DNA of 64,000 nt from Clostridiales bacterium (GCA_015055975.1 SVHF01000004.1:5390-69389), one strand, 5' to 3'. Shown: positions 27,065 to 37,945, counted from the first letter of the stretch. Notes: a model not told the origin generated them from the letters alone. Numbers and translations: made by a program.

Positions 27065-30000
27065 TTAAATACTTCGGATAGCATCGATTGGTTTTTTCCT
27101 TGCTATGTTGAATACTGGGATTGCTGATGCAAATGCTGCTACCACAACCGCAATTAATAAAATCAAACCAACTTGTCTTATACCAAAGTTTAGAATTGTT
27201 AACGTGATATTATACTTGTTTCTCATCATATTGTTTATATAGAATACAAATCCAAATGTAGCAATTGATGATAATACAAAGTTAATAAATGCGATAATCA
27301 ATGATTCATTGAAGAAGATACCAAATACGTCAACTGATCTTGCACCAACCGCACGTAAGATACCAATATCTCTCTTCTTATAAGAAATAGTTGTTGCAAT
27401 ATAGTTCATCATAAGTAGAGCTGCAAATACCGCAAATCCTATACCTACATATAAGAATACTTCTGACATATCTTCAAGAAGACCATTAACCATTCCTAAC
27501 AATTCTGTAGGACCTGCTTTTAATTCAAAGTGAATTGTTCTTGTGCCTTCCTTTGCTGTATTATCATATGCCCACTTAACAATATTTTTTAGTTGATTTT
27601 GTGCTGGCATCTTTGTTAACGCAAATGCATAAATACCTTGTTTTGCTGAAGCAACTTGTGCATATGTTGCATCTGCAATTACTACGATTCCACTAGCGCT
27701 ATAACTCTTTGATTGTGCATAGCTTACTGGTGCATAGAATACACCAACCAATGTCGCTGGATATGTTGCTTCTCCGCCTGTATATTCGTTTATTCCATAT
27801 ACATCATTTGAATAACTTCTCATATAATCTGTTCTTATGTTAGGATCTACGCTAGTAATTGTTGAAATATATGTGCTATATACAGCTTGCTGAGCTTTAT
27901 AGTAGTTATAGTAATAGATATCATTATAATCTTCAAAATCATATCCATCTTCGGCAACTACCCATGTTGGGAATGGTTCTTCTGGAAGATACCCACTTAA
28001 ACTATTTAGATAATTTTCAAGATTATTTTTCTTGTCTTCTTCTGTCCATCCTGTTGTATCGACAGGCTTCCAATTATATGTTCTTGCTGTGTCATCATAT
28101 TCCCATTGTCCAAAGAAGAATCCATGACTTAATGCCTTTACCAACAAATCGTCATAACAACTATTTCTAATCTCATTATATTTTGTGTCTACTGTTGAAT
28201 TTAATATCCAAGTTGGAGCATCTATCCAAGATGATTCATCCCATCCATATTGATTTTGGTAAGCACTTCTTAGCCAATCTTTATAAAGTCCAATGTCTAT
28301 CATGAAGTCTCTATTTGAAACAGATTCAGAACCATCAAATGATTTGTAAACGCCGCCTGCTTGAGTTAATCCTTGAGTATTAATTACTCTACTAACGCTA
28401 ACATAGTTGCTTCCCATGTTATCTGCTGCGTTATAGTAAATGCTTACATTTGAACCAGCGCTGTAGCTCATGTCTATACCAATGCCTTTTTGAGATAGAT
28501 ACACATCTTGAATAAATCCTTCTTTAACATAAACTTGTCCATGATATCCATATTGAGCTGTTGATTCTAGTTCTTGAACTAATACGAAATCCGTAATTGA
28601 AGATGAACCCGATGAGCTTCCTTCTTGTACATCTAGAGCCTTAAAGTGATCATAGTTAAACTTTGTATCAATAATACCAACAATTTCATAGTCTGTATTA
28701 TCCATTCTTAATGTTGGATGAGTGGCCAAGAAGTTATCTGGAGTAGCTAGTTTCGTGTCTCCCTTTTCATATGCTTCAGAGTTATCTGAAGTTCTATATC
28801 CAAATTGCTTAAATGTTCTATATGTGTATTCAGTTATCGCAATTTCTTCGTTATTTTCCGGATACTTTCCATATAATGTAAATCCACTACTTTGAATATC
28901 CTGTGCATTAGATTCCAAAACGCCTTTTAAGCTTTGTGGATATAAGCTTCCCCACGATGGAGACTTAATTGTATTTGAAGATAGATTGATTCCACTTCCC
29001 GGAGAATAAACTCCATTGAAATCTAGACCTATTTTTGTTTTTAATCCAGCCAAATCTTCGTTTGTAAGCAATACTGTTCTCTTATCTGTATAATTATCTC
29101 TTTGTATTTCTACTTGCTTTGTGAAAGATAGATTGTCTACTTCTGAATCAATTAAAGAATCAACTGTTGCCGTATATTTATTGTATGCATTAATTGTGTC
29201 TGCAAGTCCAAATAGCGTAAACGCAACTAAAGAAAGCAAGATAGATATAAATAATCTAACTGGCTTTGCTTTTAAGCCTGATGCGCCAATTTTGAAACTA
29301 TCTTTAAATGGAAGTCTAGATTTAATTAATTTAAACTTAGGTTGCTTTTCGTAAACAATCTCGCTTTCGTCTGTTTCTTTAAAGCATTCCTTATTTCCTG
29401 AATCATTGATTCTTGCAAATTTCTTTAAGTCTCTATTTGACATCTCGTCGATAGACAAAATCGCATTGTTTTTTTGTAGATATTCATTAATCATTTTGAC
29501 ATCGTCTTTTGTTAATTCATATCCTTGCTTAATTTGAATGATTTTATCATCGATTACAGAAATTGATTCATTCTTCTTTTCTGATTCAGCAACATACTTT
29601 TCAATATCAGATATAACTTGACCATCTTTAAGTTCAATAACTCTATCGCCATAGCTTTCAGCAAATTCTCTATCATGAGATACGACGATAACTAACTTGC
29701 TTTTAGATAGTTCTTTTAGAGTATCAAATACTTGAATACCTGTTTTTGAGTCCAACGCACCTGTTGGTTCATCGGCTAAAATGATTTCTGGATTCTTAAC
29801 AAGAGCACGCGCAATTGCAATTCTTTGTTTTTGACCACCAGATAATTGCATTGGCTTTCTTGTTGCATATTCTTCCAATTCTACTTGGCTTAAAATGTCA
29901 TTGATGGCTTCTTTTGTTGCCTTCTTACCTTGTAATTCCAAAGCAAGAGCTACGTTTGCGCCTACTGTGAATTCGTTTAAGATATTGTATTCTTGGAAGA

Positions 30001-30265
30001 TGAATCCTAAATATGTGTTTCTATAACTATCGAAATCTGCTTGAGAAAAGTCTTTACTTGACTTGCCCTTTATAATAATTTCACCACTGTCTACTCTATC
30101 TAGACCGCCTAGCATGTTCAATAAAGTTGATTTACCACAACCAGATTTACCTAAAATAAAAACAAGCCCTTTCTCTGGAAATTTAATAGAAACATCATTT
30201 AATGCTCTAACCTCTTTTCCTTTCTTAGGCTTGTAGACTTTTACTAAATTTTTTACTTCTAGCAT
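27065..30265 (-). CDS. fused ABC transporter: MacB/LolD-type ATPase, large extracytoplasmic domain and FtsX-type permease
   Basis: Start trimmed to the ATG at 30265 with a GAAGGAGGAC RBS. Walker A GKSGCGKST, signature LSGGQKQR and Walker B ILADEPT. C-terminal FtsX-like TM helices. Confidence 0.88.
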   Translation of the reverse strand: MLEVKNLVKVYKPKKGKEVRALNDVSIKFPEKGLVFILGKSGCGKSTLLNMLGGLDRVDSGEIIIKGKSSKDFSQADFDSYRNTYLGFIFQEYNILNEFTVGANVALALELQGKKATKEAINDILSQVELEEYATRKPMQLSGGQKQRIAIARALVKNPEIILADEPTGALDSKTGIQVFDTLKELSKSKLVIVVSHDREFAESYGDRVIELKDGQVISDIEKYVAESEKKNESISVIDDKIIQIKQGYELTKDDVKMINEYLQKNNAILSIDEMSNRDLKKFARINDSGNKECFKETDESEIVYEKQPKFKLIKSRLPFKDSFKIGASGLKAKPVRLFISILLSLVAFTLFGLADTINAYNKYTATVDSLIDSEVDNLSFTKQVEIQRDNYTDKRTVLLTNEDLAGLKTKIGLDFNGVYSPGSGINLSSNTIKSPSWGSLYPQSLKGVLESNAQDIQSSGFTLYGKYPENNEEIAITEYTYRTFKQFGYRTSDNSEAYEKGDTKLATPDNFLATHPTLRMDNTDYEIVGIIDTKFNYDHFKALDVQEGSSSGSSSITDFVLVQELESTAQYGYHGQVYVKEGFIQDVYLSQKGIGIDMSYSAGSNVSIYYNAADNMGSNYVSVSRVINTQGLTQAGGVYKSFDGSESVSNRDFMIDIGLYKDWLRSAYQNQYGWDESSWIDAPTWILNSTVDTKYNEIRNSCYDDLLVKALSHGFFFGQWEYDDTARTYNWKPVDTTGWTEEDKKNNLENYLNSLSGYLPEEPFPTWVVAEDGYDFEDYNDIYYYNYYKAQQAVYSTYISTITSVDPNIRTDYMRSYSNDVYGINEYTGGEATYPATLVGVFYAPVSYAQSKSYSASGIVVIADATYAQVASAKQGIYAFALTKMPAQNQLKNIVKWAYDNTAKEGTRTIHFELKAGPTELLGMVNGLLEDMSEVFLYVGIGFAVFAALLMMNYIATTISYKKRDIGILRAVGARSVDVFGIFFNESLIIAFINFVLSSIATFGFVFYINNMMRNKYNITLTILNFGIRQVGLILLIAVVVAAFASAIPVFNIARKKPIDAIRSI

Positions 30266-30322
30266 AATGTCCTCCTTCAAGTAAACTATATTAATTATAC
30301 TACATATAAATATTTAAGCAAC

Positions 30323-31000
30323 TTAAGGCTTTTTTGGACATGCTATAACTCTGTGTATCTTTTTACCCTCTTTTATGTATTTTTTCTCGTGTTCTGTTTG
30401 GATATTTTCGCTATCTTGAAGTGACTCTAAATCCCATGTTTTACCACTTAATTCAAAGCCTTCTTGTTCGTACTGTTCTAGCGAATATTCAAAGAAATCT
30501 CTATCGTCTGTCTTTTGAATGATGCAGCCACCTTCCTTTAAAAATTGCTTGTATAATTTTAAAAATCTTGGGCTTGTTAATCTTTGTTTTGCATCACACT
30601 TATTTGGAAGCGGATTTGAAAAATTTAGATATATAGTATCTATAGAATGAGGCTTTATAAACTTTTCTAAACACTCTATTCTACAATTCAAAAACTTTAA
30701 GTTTTTAACACCCACTTTTTCTGCTTTGTCTATAGCTCCAATAATGACATTTGAGAACATTTCAACCCCGATTAAATTAACATCTTTATACTTTTGAGCA
30801 AACTCGATTGCAAAGCCCCCAAGTCCACAGCCTAAATCTAAGCATACTTTATTGTCATTATTGAATACTTTAATATAATCAATATATGCCTTGTCTTTAA
30901 TATACTCATTTACATTAGTAAATGAACCCTCATATGCAAGTAGATATTCTTTTGCATTTTGAAGTCTTTCATCAAGGTTAGATTTTCTTCTCATTCTCAT
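30323..31000 (-). CDS. trmB: tRNA (guanine-N7)-methyltransferase
   Basis: 225 aa. SAM-binding motif LDLGCGLGGF and a TrmB-like overall pattern. Confidence 0.8.
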   Translation of the reverse strand: MRMRRKSNLDERLQNAKEYLLAYEGSFTNVNEYIKDKAYIDYIKVFNNDNKVCLDLGCGLGGFAIEFAQKYKDVNLIGVEMFSNVIIGAIDKAEKVGVKNLKFLNCRIECLEKFIKPHSIDTIYLNFSNPLPNKCDAKQRLTSPRFLKLYKQFLKEGGCIIQKTDDRDFFEYSLEQYEQEGFELSGKTWDLESLQDSENIQTEHEKKYIKEGKKIHRVIACPKKP

Positions 31001-31095
31001 GGCTCAATTATACTTTGAAATATCTATCAAAAACAACCACTTTTGACAATGCTTTTTATGCGTGCTAAATTATATTTAAGATGGGAGGGAAAAAT

Positions 31096-32133
31096 ATGGG
31101 GGTACAACACCAAGTCACAAAAAGACAAAGACTTTTAGATGATGACGGAAATATCGCAGAACCAGGCTATGCATTATCTCAAGTTTGGCACTACGATAGA
31201 TCAAACATCAAAGCTCCAAAATGGAGAATTAAAGAGTGGGATTATTACTACATTGGCACAAAAGATTTCGGCCTTTGTTTAACTATTTCAGATTGCGGTT
31301 ATGTAGGTACAGTTTCTGCTTCTTTATTAGATTTTAAAAACAAAACTCAAATCAACAAAACAGGACTAAAATTATTCCCAATGGGAAGATTAAATTTGCC
31401 TAACACTCCAGATGTTGGAGACATCTATGGCAAATGCTCTTTAGCTGATTTTGCGTTTGAAAATGATGGCAAAGAAAAACACTTATCTGGCGTTTTTAAT
31501 AAGTTCTACGATAACCTAGATCCTCTAGTTTTTGACATTACCCTATACGACATCCCAAAAGATCATATGGTTATTGCAACTCCATTTAAAAAGGATAAAC
31601 ACTTCTATTACAACCAAAAAACTAATCTTCTTAAAGCTAAGGGCTATTTCACAATTGAGGGCGAAGAATATAAGCTAGACGATAAGAGTGCTTTGGCAAC
31701 TCTTGATTGGGGCCGTGGCGTTTGGACATATGATAACACATGGCTTTGGTCTTCATGTAATGGCTATATGGAAGATGGCACTTTAGTTGGTTGGAATTTA
31801 GGCTACGGCTTTGGAGATACAAGCCGTGCATCCGAAAATATGGTGTTTGTAAATGGCCTTGCATACAAGCTTAACGAAGTAACATTCAACATTCCTCAAA
31901 AAGACGGAAAGGATGATTTTCTATCGCCTTGGACATTTACATCAAACGATAACACTCTAAATCTAACATTTACTCCTATTATAGATAGATTTGATCCATT
32001 AGATTTAAAGGTCGTTATGATGATTCCTCATCAAGTATTTGGATATTTTAGCGGAACAATAAAGCTTCAAGATAGAGTTTTAGAAATAAAAGATTTCTTG
32101 GGCTTTGCAGAAAAAGTTCACAATAAATGGTAA
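31096..32133 (+). CDS. DUF2804-like protein
   Basis: Start at the ATG at 31096, after GGGAGGG. The EWDYYYIG region matches my recollection of DUF2804. Confidence 0.6.
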   Translation: MGVQHQVTKRQRLLDDDGNIAEPGYALSQVWHYDRSNIKAPKWRIKEWDYYYIGTKDFGLCLTISDCGYVGTVSASLLDFKNKTQINKTGLKLFPMGRLNLPNTPDVGDIYGKCSLADFAFENDGKEKHLSGVFNKFYDNLDPLVFDITLYDIPKDHMVIATPFKKDKHFYYNQKTNLLKAKGYFTIEGEEYKLDDKSALATLDWGRGVWTYDNTWLWSSCNGYMEDGTLVGWNLGYGFGDTSRASENMVFVNGLAYKLNEVTFNIPQKDGKDDFLSPWTFTSNDNTLNLTFTPIIDRFDPLDLKVVMMIPHQVFGYFSGTIKLQDRVLEIKDFLGFAEKVHNKW

Positions 32134-32147
32134 TTATCTTTATATGC

Positions 32148-32181
32148 AAAAAGAGAAGTTCGATGTGAACTTCTCTTTTTT
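32148..32181. terminator. bidirectional hairpin between convergent genes
   Basis: AAAAGAGAAGTTC-gatgt-GAACTTCTCTTTTT. Confidence 0.7.
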
Positions 32182-32196
32182 ATGCTTTTAACTTTT

Positions 32197-33369
32197 TTAG
32201 ATTCTTGCAACGCCTGACTTTCTAGCAGCTTCAGCAACAGCCTTTGCAACTGTTGGGCCTACTCTTAAGTCAAATGCCTTTGGAAGGATGTAATCTGGAT
32301 TCAATTCTTCGTCAGATACTAATCCTGCAATAGCGTTTGCAGCAGCTATCTTCATTTCTTCATTGATATCACTAGCTCTTACATCTAATGTTCCTCTAAA
32401 GATTCCTGGGAATGCTAAAACGTTGTTGATTTGGTTAGGGAAATCTGATCTTCCTGTACCAACAACTGCAGCCCCTGCTTCTTTAGCTAAATCTGGCATG
32501 ATTTCTGGTGTTGGGTTAGCCATAGCCATGATGATTGGATCTTTAGCCATTGATCTTACCATATCTTGAGAAACAAGACCTGCTTTAGATACACCAACAA
32601 AGATATCTGCACCCTTCATAGCATCAGCAAGTCCGCCTTTAATGTGCTTTTTGTTAGAAAAAGCAGCAATAGCTTGCTTATCTGGAGTTAATCTTGGATC
32701 TCCTTCACAGATAACGCCCTTACTATCACACATAATTACTTCTTTTAATCCAGCAGAAAGTAATAGTTTTGCAATTGCAACACCAGCTGCACCGGCTCCT
32801 GAGAATACTGCTGTACAATCAGATAGCTTCTTTCCAACAATCTTTAATGCGTTCATAGTTGCAGCTAAACAAATAACAGCTGTACCATGTTGGTCATCGT
32901 GGAAGATAGGAATGTCGCAACATTCTTTTAATCTCTTTTCGATTTCAAAACATCTTGGAGCTGAAATATCTTCTAGATTAACGCCACCAAATGAACCTGC
33001 AAGTAATCTTACTACATTTACAATATCGTCAACGCTCTTTGATCTAACACAAAGTGGAATAGCATCTACATTACCAAATGTTTTGAATAGAACGCACTTT
33101 CCTTCCATAACTGGCATACCAGCTTCTGGACCAATGTCGCCTAAACCTAATACTGCAGTACCATCTGTTACAACAGCAACTGTGTTCCATCTTCTTGTTA
33201 ATTCATAAGACTTATTAACATCCTTTTGAATTTCCAAACATGGTTGAGCAACACCTGGTGTGTATGCTAATGATAAATCTTCTTTGTCCTTTACTGGCAC
33301 TCTAGAGATGTATTCTAGTTTACCTTTCCATTCATAGTGTTTCTTTAGTGATTCTTCTGCGTAATTCAT
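32197..33369 (-). CDS. NAD(P)-dependent malic enzyme
   Basis: Start trimmed to the ATG at 33369 with a GGGAGA RBS. LSLAYTPGVA, FHDDQHGTA and GAGAAG motifs. Confidence 0.88.
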   Translation of the reverse strand: MNYAEESLKKHYEWKGKLEYISRVPVKDKEDLSLAYTPGVAQPCLEIQKDVNKSYELTRRWNTVAVVTDGTAVLGLGDIGPEAGMPVMEGKCVLFKTFGNVDAIPLCVRSKSVDDIVNVVRLLAGSFGGVNLEDISAPRCFEIEKRLKECCDIPIFHDDQHGTAVICLAATMNALKIVGKKLSDCTAVFSGAGAAGVAIAKLLLSAGLKEVIMCDSKGVICEGDPRLTPDKQAIAAFSNKKHIKGGLADAMKGADIFVGVSKAGLVSQDMVRSMAKDPIIMAMANPTPEIMPDLAKEAGAAVVGTGRSDFPNQINNVLAFPGIFRGTLDVRASDINEEMKIAAANAIAGLVSDEELNPDYILPKAFDLRVGPTVAKAVAEAARKSGVARI

Positions 33370-33370
33370 A

Positions 33371-34495
33371 TTATTTCTCCCATGGGAATACATACTTTAA
33401 TCCCAAATCGTCTCTTACTTTGCTCATTTCTTTTTGTACTGGTTCTGAAATTGGAACACCCTTGTCCTTTCTTTCTTGCCATACATTGTATTCTTTTTCA
33501 CCAGCAGAATAAATGTGGTCTTGTCCTGGAGCCTTCTTTGAAGCTCTAATTGAACGGATGATTTCACCAGCCTTCTTTCTGCATAGATCTTCGCCTAAGA
33601 AGTGGTTTGTATCGATTGCGATGAAGAAATGTCCTAAATGATATGGAACTTTCTTTCCATTTTCATCTTTACCATTTAATGCCTTACCATAAGCACCATC
33701 TTGCAAAGCTGCAGATAGAAGTTCGACAGCAAGAGCATATCCATAGCCCTTGTATCCACCTAGAGCTTCTCCAATACCGCCAAGTGTTGTTAAAGCTGCT
33801 GTACCATTTCTGATTTGCTTTAATGCTTCACCTGCGTCACCTTCAACTGGCTTACCATCTAGACCTACGATTGTGCCTGGATGAACATTTTCTTTAATTC
33901 TTTCATAAAATTCGATCTTACCATTTTGTGTGATTGATGTAGCACAGTCAATGTTGAAATCGAATGGTTCGTCTGTTGGGATACCAATTGTTAATGGGTT
34001 TGTACCAAACATACCCTCAACACCAAATGTTGGAGCAACTGATGGACGAGCGTTTGTACCAGTGATACCGATACATCCTTGCTTTGTTGCCATAGTTGTG
34101 TAATATCCAGCGATACCATAGTGGCAAGAATTTCTTACTACTACCATACCCATACCATACTTCTTAGCTTTATCAATAGCCATTTGCATTGATTTATAAC
34201 CAATAACTTGGCCCATACCATCATGGCCATCTACAACGGCTGTTGTTTCTGTTTCCTTTACAATTTCAAAATTTGTAATAGGTTGTTGAATACCATCGTT
34301 AATTCTATCAATATAAATTGGTTTAAAACGGTTGCATCCATGAGACTCAATACCTCTCTTGTCTGCCTCTAATAAAATGTCTGTACAAATTTTTGCCTCA
34401 TCTCTTGGAACGCCTACGCCTGCAAATGCATCTGTGATAAATTCTTCAGCTGTTTTCCAATCCAAATAAGGTCTTCCCATATTGTCTCTTTCCAT
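33371..34495 (-). CDS. Ldh_2-family (malate/L-lactate/sulfolactate-type) dehydrogenase
   Basis: Start trimmed to the ATG at 34495, after GGAGG. Carries SHGCNRF and the GGYKGYGYA signature of the Ldh_2 family. Confidence 0.8.
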   Translation of the reverse strand: MERDNMGRPYLDWKTAEEFITDAFAGVGVPRDEAKICTDILLEADKRGIESHGCNRFKPIYIDRINDGIQQPITNFEIVKETETTAVVDGHDGMGQVIGYKSMQMAIDKAKKYGMGMVVVRNSCHYGIAGYYTTMATKQGCIGITGTNARPSVAPTFGVEGMFGTNPLTIGIPTDEPFDFNIDCATSITQNGKIEFYERIKENVHPGTIVGLDGKPVEGDAGEALKQIRNGTAALTTLGGIGEALGGYKGYGYALAVELLSAALQDGAYGKALNGKDENGKKVPYHLGHFFIAIDTNHFLGEDLCRKKAGEIIRSIRASKKAPGQDHIYSAGEKEYNVWQERKDKGVPISEPVQKEMSKVRDDLGLKYVFPWEK

Positions 34496-34593
34496 GTGAA
34501 CCTCCAAAAAAGTATAAATTTCTTACTAACCTTTATTTTACTATTCTTTATAGAATAGTTCAATGCTAGTTTTGTTTTTGGCAATCTATAAAC

Positions 34594-34615
34594 AAAAATC
34601 GGCCTTTTAGGCCGA
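34594..34615 (-). terminator. intrinsic terminator after the GPH transporter gene
   Basis: TCGGCC-ttta-GGCCGA stem followed by TTTTT on the minus strand. Confidence 0.6.
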
Positions 34616-34639
34616 CCTTGTTTTTGTGTGTTTTCTTTA

Positions 34640-36109
34640 TTATTCTTGAGGTTTTGTCTCCTCATTTACAATACTGTGTTTTTTGTCTAACTCTTCTTTG
34701 ATCATATTGTATCTATCACGCCCTAAATTTGCTCTATATGAAGTAAATGCAGAGATTAAGAATGTTATTCCCGGAATTACTGCAAGAACGATTCTTATGG
34801 CCAATAATGCGCCTTCTGGTTGAGTGATTGTGCCATATTGCTCTATCATCTCATAATATGCTTCTGAATTTGCTTCGATGTATCCAGCAGCGCCTAATAT
34901 TAATGAAACAAGTGCACATCCAACACCAGATGCAAATTTATAACAAAATTGTGTAACGCCATAATATGCTCCTTCTCTTCTTTTGCCATTTACATATTCG
35001 TCTACGTCAACAACATCAGGAAGTGCTGCCCATGGAATAATTTGAATAGCGCTCATACCAATACCACATAGTGCAACGTGGATGATTGTTAAAACAACAT
35101 TGTTCATTGGCATAAATATTGCAAAAAGTAGAATTGCTGTCATATAAATACATGAGAATGCATATACTACATGCTTTTGGAATTTCTTGCACAAAAAGTC
35201 CCAAAGTGGAGCTGAGAATATTGCGCACAAAAGTGGTATTGCTATAAATACCATTGAAAGTGTTGCGTCATCGCCAAATCCCAATGAATCGTTGATGTAG
35301 AATACAAATACCGTCATTATGATATCGAATCCCATCATAGATAGAAGGAATGTCATCATTATGTTTCTGAACTCTTTTAGTTTGAAGAATTCTTTTAGAG
35401 TTTGAATAAAGCTCTTGTCATTCTTTTCTGAATATTCAAATCTTTCCTTAACGCCAAAGCAGCAAAGTAGCCATATAATTAGCGCAATTACACCAAATAT
35501 AGCAGATGCTAACATATATGCATATTTTGCACTATCTAAAGGCGAATTGTTCTTTATAAATATTTCATAGAAAATACTTGTTTCGCCATCTGCAAGAAGT
35601 GCAAAGATTGCAGCACCCATAATAAGTCCAAGATTTGCCATGATGATTCTTATACTATTTAGTGATGTTCTTTCATCATAATCTTTTGTCATATTTGGAG
35701 CTAATGTGTTATATGGAATGTATATAATTGTCCATGTTGTACAATACAACATGTACATTGCAGTATAGAACAAGAATAACAATCCTTGAACATTTGTTGA
35801 TGGAACCATCCACATTACAACAAATGAAATGACAAATGGAACCGACCCAAATAACATATAAACTTTACGCTTACCAAATCTTGATTGTGTTTTATCAACT
35901 ATTCTGCCCATTAAATAGTCAGTGATAGCGTCCCATCCCTTTCCTACTAAAAAGACACCGGATGCTAGCGCTGGTTTTAATCCTCCAACGTTTATCATGA
36001 AATATAGAAAATAAAAGTTGATTGTGGCAAATAGGATATTTGAAGCCATATCGCCTGCGCCAAAGGCTAATTTTTCTTTAAAAGCTAGTTTTTGTTTTTT
36101 TCTTCCCAT
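34640..36109 (-). CDS. glycoside-pentoside-hexuronide (GPH)/MFS cation symporter
   Basis: Start trimmed to the ATG at 36109 with a GGAGAGG RBS. Twelve-TM pattern and an N-terminal KLAFGAGD...D motif typical of MelB/YicJ-like carriers. Confidence 0.8.
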   Translation of the reverse strand: MGRKKQKLAFKEKLAFGAGDMASNILFATINFYFLYFMINVGGLKPALASGVFLVGKGWDAITDYLMGRIVDKTQSRFGKRKVYMLFGSVPFVISFVVMWMVPSTNVQGLLFLFYTAMYMLYCTTWTIIYIPYNTLAPNMTKDYDERTSLNSIRIIMANLGLIMGAAIFALLADGETSIFYEIFIKNNSPLDSAKYAYMLASAIFGVIALIIWLLCCFGVKERFEYSEKNDKSFIQTLKEFFKLKEFRNIMMTFLLSMMGFDIIMTVFVFYINDSLGFGDDATLSMVFIAIPLLCAIFSAPLWDFLCKKFQKHVVYAFSCIYMTAILLFAIFMPMNNVVLTIIHVALCGIGMSAIQIIPWAALPDVVDVDEYVNGKRREGAYYGVTQFCYKFASGVGCALVSLILGAAGYIEANSEAYYEMIEQYGTITQPEGALLAIRIVLAVIPGITFLISAFTSYRANLGRDRYNMIKEELDKKHSIVNEETKPQE

Positions 36110-36151
36110 AAGTAAACCTCTCCTAAATAAGTATATCAAATTTTCCGCATG

Positions 36152-36178
36152 AAAAAAGCCCCAATTTTACTTGGGGCT
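36152..36178 (-). terminator. intrinsic terminator after hydA
   Basis: The minus strand reads AGCCCCAA-gtaaaa-TTGGGGCT followed by TTTTTT. Confidence 0.7.
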
Positions 36179-36199
36179 CAATATCATATTAATTTAGAA

Positions 36200-37933
36200 T
36201 TAATAATTTGTTCTTGGAGCGTACTTTGTATGAAGTATCTCGTGAGCCTTATGGCTATTTGGTTCTCCTAAGAATTCTTTATATAATTCTTTAACTGCTG
36301 GGTTTTCGTGAGACTTACGAAGCTTCATTGATTTATCTGTAGCGTAGATACTTGCAGCACGAGTTGCCTTAATATCTGTGAAGTTTCTTGTGTAAGCATC
36401 CTTAATTGGTTGTCCACCACCATTTACACATCCGCCTGGGCAAGACATGATTTCGATGAAATGATATGGGCTTGTACCAGCTTTAATTTGATCCATTAAG
36501 ATTCTTGCATTAGCAAGGCCAGATGCAACAGCAACCTTAACCTTTGTGCCAGCAATATCATATTCAGCTTCTTTAATGCCCTTTGTACCTCTAACTTCCA
36601 TGAAGTCTGGATCTTTATTTTCCTTACCAGTTAAAACTTCAGAAACAGTACGCAAAGCAGCTTCCATAACACCACCAGTTGCACCAAAGATTAAACCAGC
36701 ACCTGTATCTATTCCAAGTGGAGCATCAAATTCTTCATCTGGAAGATCATTGAACATCAAACCAAATCTCTTAATTAATTTTGCTAATTCTCTTGTTGTT
36801 AAAACCGCATCAATATCTGGAACACCAGCAGCTGCTTCAAAATCTCTTGTCTTTTCAAACTTCTTAGCAACACAAGGCATGATTGATACAACATATAAAT
36901 CTTTTGGATCCATACCTAGCTTTTCAGCATAGTATGTCTTTACAACAGCACCAAACATTTGTTGTGGAGATTTGCAAGAAGATAAGTGACCTAATTGTTC
37001 TGGATAGTTATGTTCGATGAACTTAATCCAAGCTGGAGAACAAGAAGTGATCATTGGTAGAGTTCCACCATTTTTCAATCTTCCGATGAATTCTGTTCCT
37101 TCTTCCATGATTGTTAAATCTGCTGCAAAGTCTACATCGAATACATCGTTGAATCCTATTCTTCTTAAAGCAGCAACCATCTTTCCTTCAACATTTGTTC
37201 CAATTGGACTTCCGAATTCTTCACCAAGACCAACTCTTACTGATGGAGCTGTTCCAACGATTACTCTCTTTGTTGGGTCAGATATTGCTTTTATAACGTT
37301 GTCTATTTCGCTTCTTTCTGTGATAGCACCTGTTGGGCAAACGTTAATACATTGTCCACATCCTACACAAGGAGTTTCTCCTAGGTTCTTTTCGAATGCA
37401 CAACCAATTCTTGTATCAAAACCTCTTCCGTTTGGTCCGATAACTGCAACTGATTGATACTTTTCGCAAGCTGCTACACATCTTCTACATTTAATACATT
37501 TAGAATTATCTCTAATTAAATATGCTGTTGAATCGTCATATTCAGCGTGAGACTTTTCGCCTTCATACTTTAGAGCATCACAATTGTATTCTAAAGCTAA
37601 AGCTTGTAGTTCACAATGTTGGTTTCTATCACAGCTCAAGCAATCTTGCTTGTGGTCAGATAAAATTAATTCTAAAGTCTTTTTTCTGCTTTCTAATACT
37701 CTTTGAGTATTTGTGAAAACTTCCATTCCTTCAAATACTGGGTATACACAAGAAGCAACTAATGTTCTTGCTCCCTTAACTTCTACTACACAAACACGGC
37801 ATGCACCAATAGCATTGATATCTCTTAGATAGCATAGAGTTGGAATCTTGATGCCAGCTTGTTTAGCTGCGTCTAATATTGTTGTACCTTCTTCAACTTG
37901 AAGTGGAAGATTGTTAATCTTAATATTTACCAT
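36200..37933 (-). CDS. hydA: [FeFe]-hydrogenase catalytic subunit (multi-cluster, HydABC type)
   Basis: 577 aa. N-terminal 2Fe-2S fold and ferredoxin-like CxxCxxCxxxC motifs. H-cluster motifs TSCSPAW, MPCVAKK and EIMSCPGGC. Confidence 0.93.
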   Translation of the reverse strand: MVNIKINNLPLQVEEGTTILDAAKQAGIKIPTLCYLRDINAIGACRVCVVEVKGARTLVASCVYPVFEGMEVFTNTQRVLESRKKTLELILSDHKQDCLSCDRNQHCELQALALEYNCDALKYEGEKSHAEYDDSTAYLIRDNSKCIKCRRCVAACEKYQSVAVIGPNGRGFDTRIGCAFEKNLGETPCVGCGQCINVCPTGAITERSEIDNVIKAISDPTKRVIVGTAPSVRVGLGEEFGSPIGTNVEGKMVAALRRIGFNDVFDVDFAADLTIMEEGTEFIGRLKNGGTLPMITSCSPAWIKFIEHNYPEQLGHLSSCKSPQQMFGAVVKTYYAEKLGMDPKDLYVVSIMPCVAKKFEKTRDFEAAAGVPDIDAVLTTRELAKLIKRFGLMFNDLPDEEFDAPLGIDTGAGLIFGATGGVMEAALRTVSEVLTGKENKDPDFMEVRGTKGIKEAEYDIAGTKVKVAVASGLANARILMDQIKAGTSPYHFIEIMSCPGGCVNGGGQPIKDAYTRNFTDIKATRAASIYATDKSMKLRKSHENPAVKELYKEFLGEPNSHKAHEILHTKYAPRTNY

Positions 37934-37945
37934 TTCTCTATCCTC

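Noticed and set aside
32642-33208. 188-aa plus-strand ORF; similar antisense ORFs at 657..1082, 3349..3654, 36546..36932, 37017..37457, 38772..39035 and 29121..29354
   Set aside because: All lie antisense inside genes with unmistakable conserved enzyme motifs (malic enzyme, aroA/aroB, DAHP synthase, hydA, hydB, ABC transporter). They have no RBS and give Ser/Pro/Ala-rich products typical of shadow ORFs.
34414-34665. 83-aa minus-strand ORF
   Set aside because: It bridges the terminator of the GPH transporter gene and the 5' end of the Ldh_2 gene in another frame. It has no RBS.
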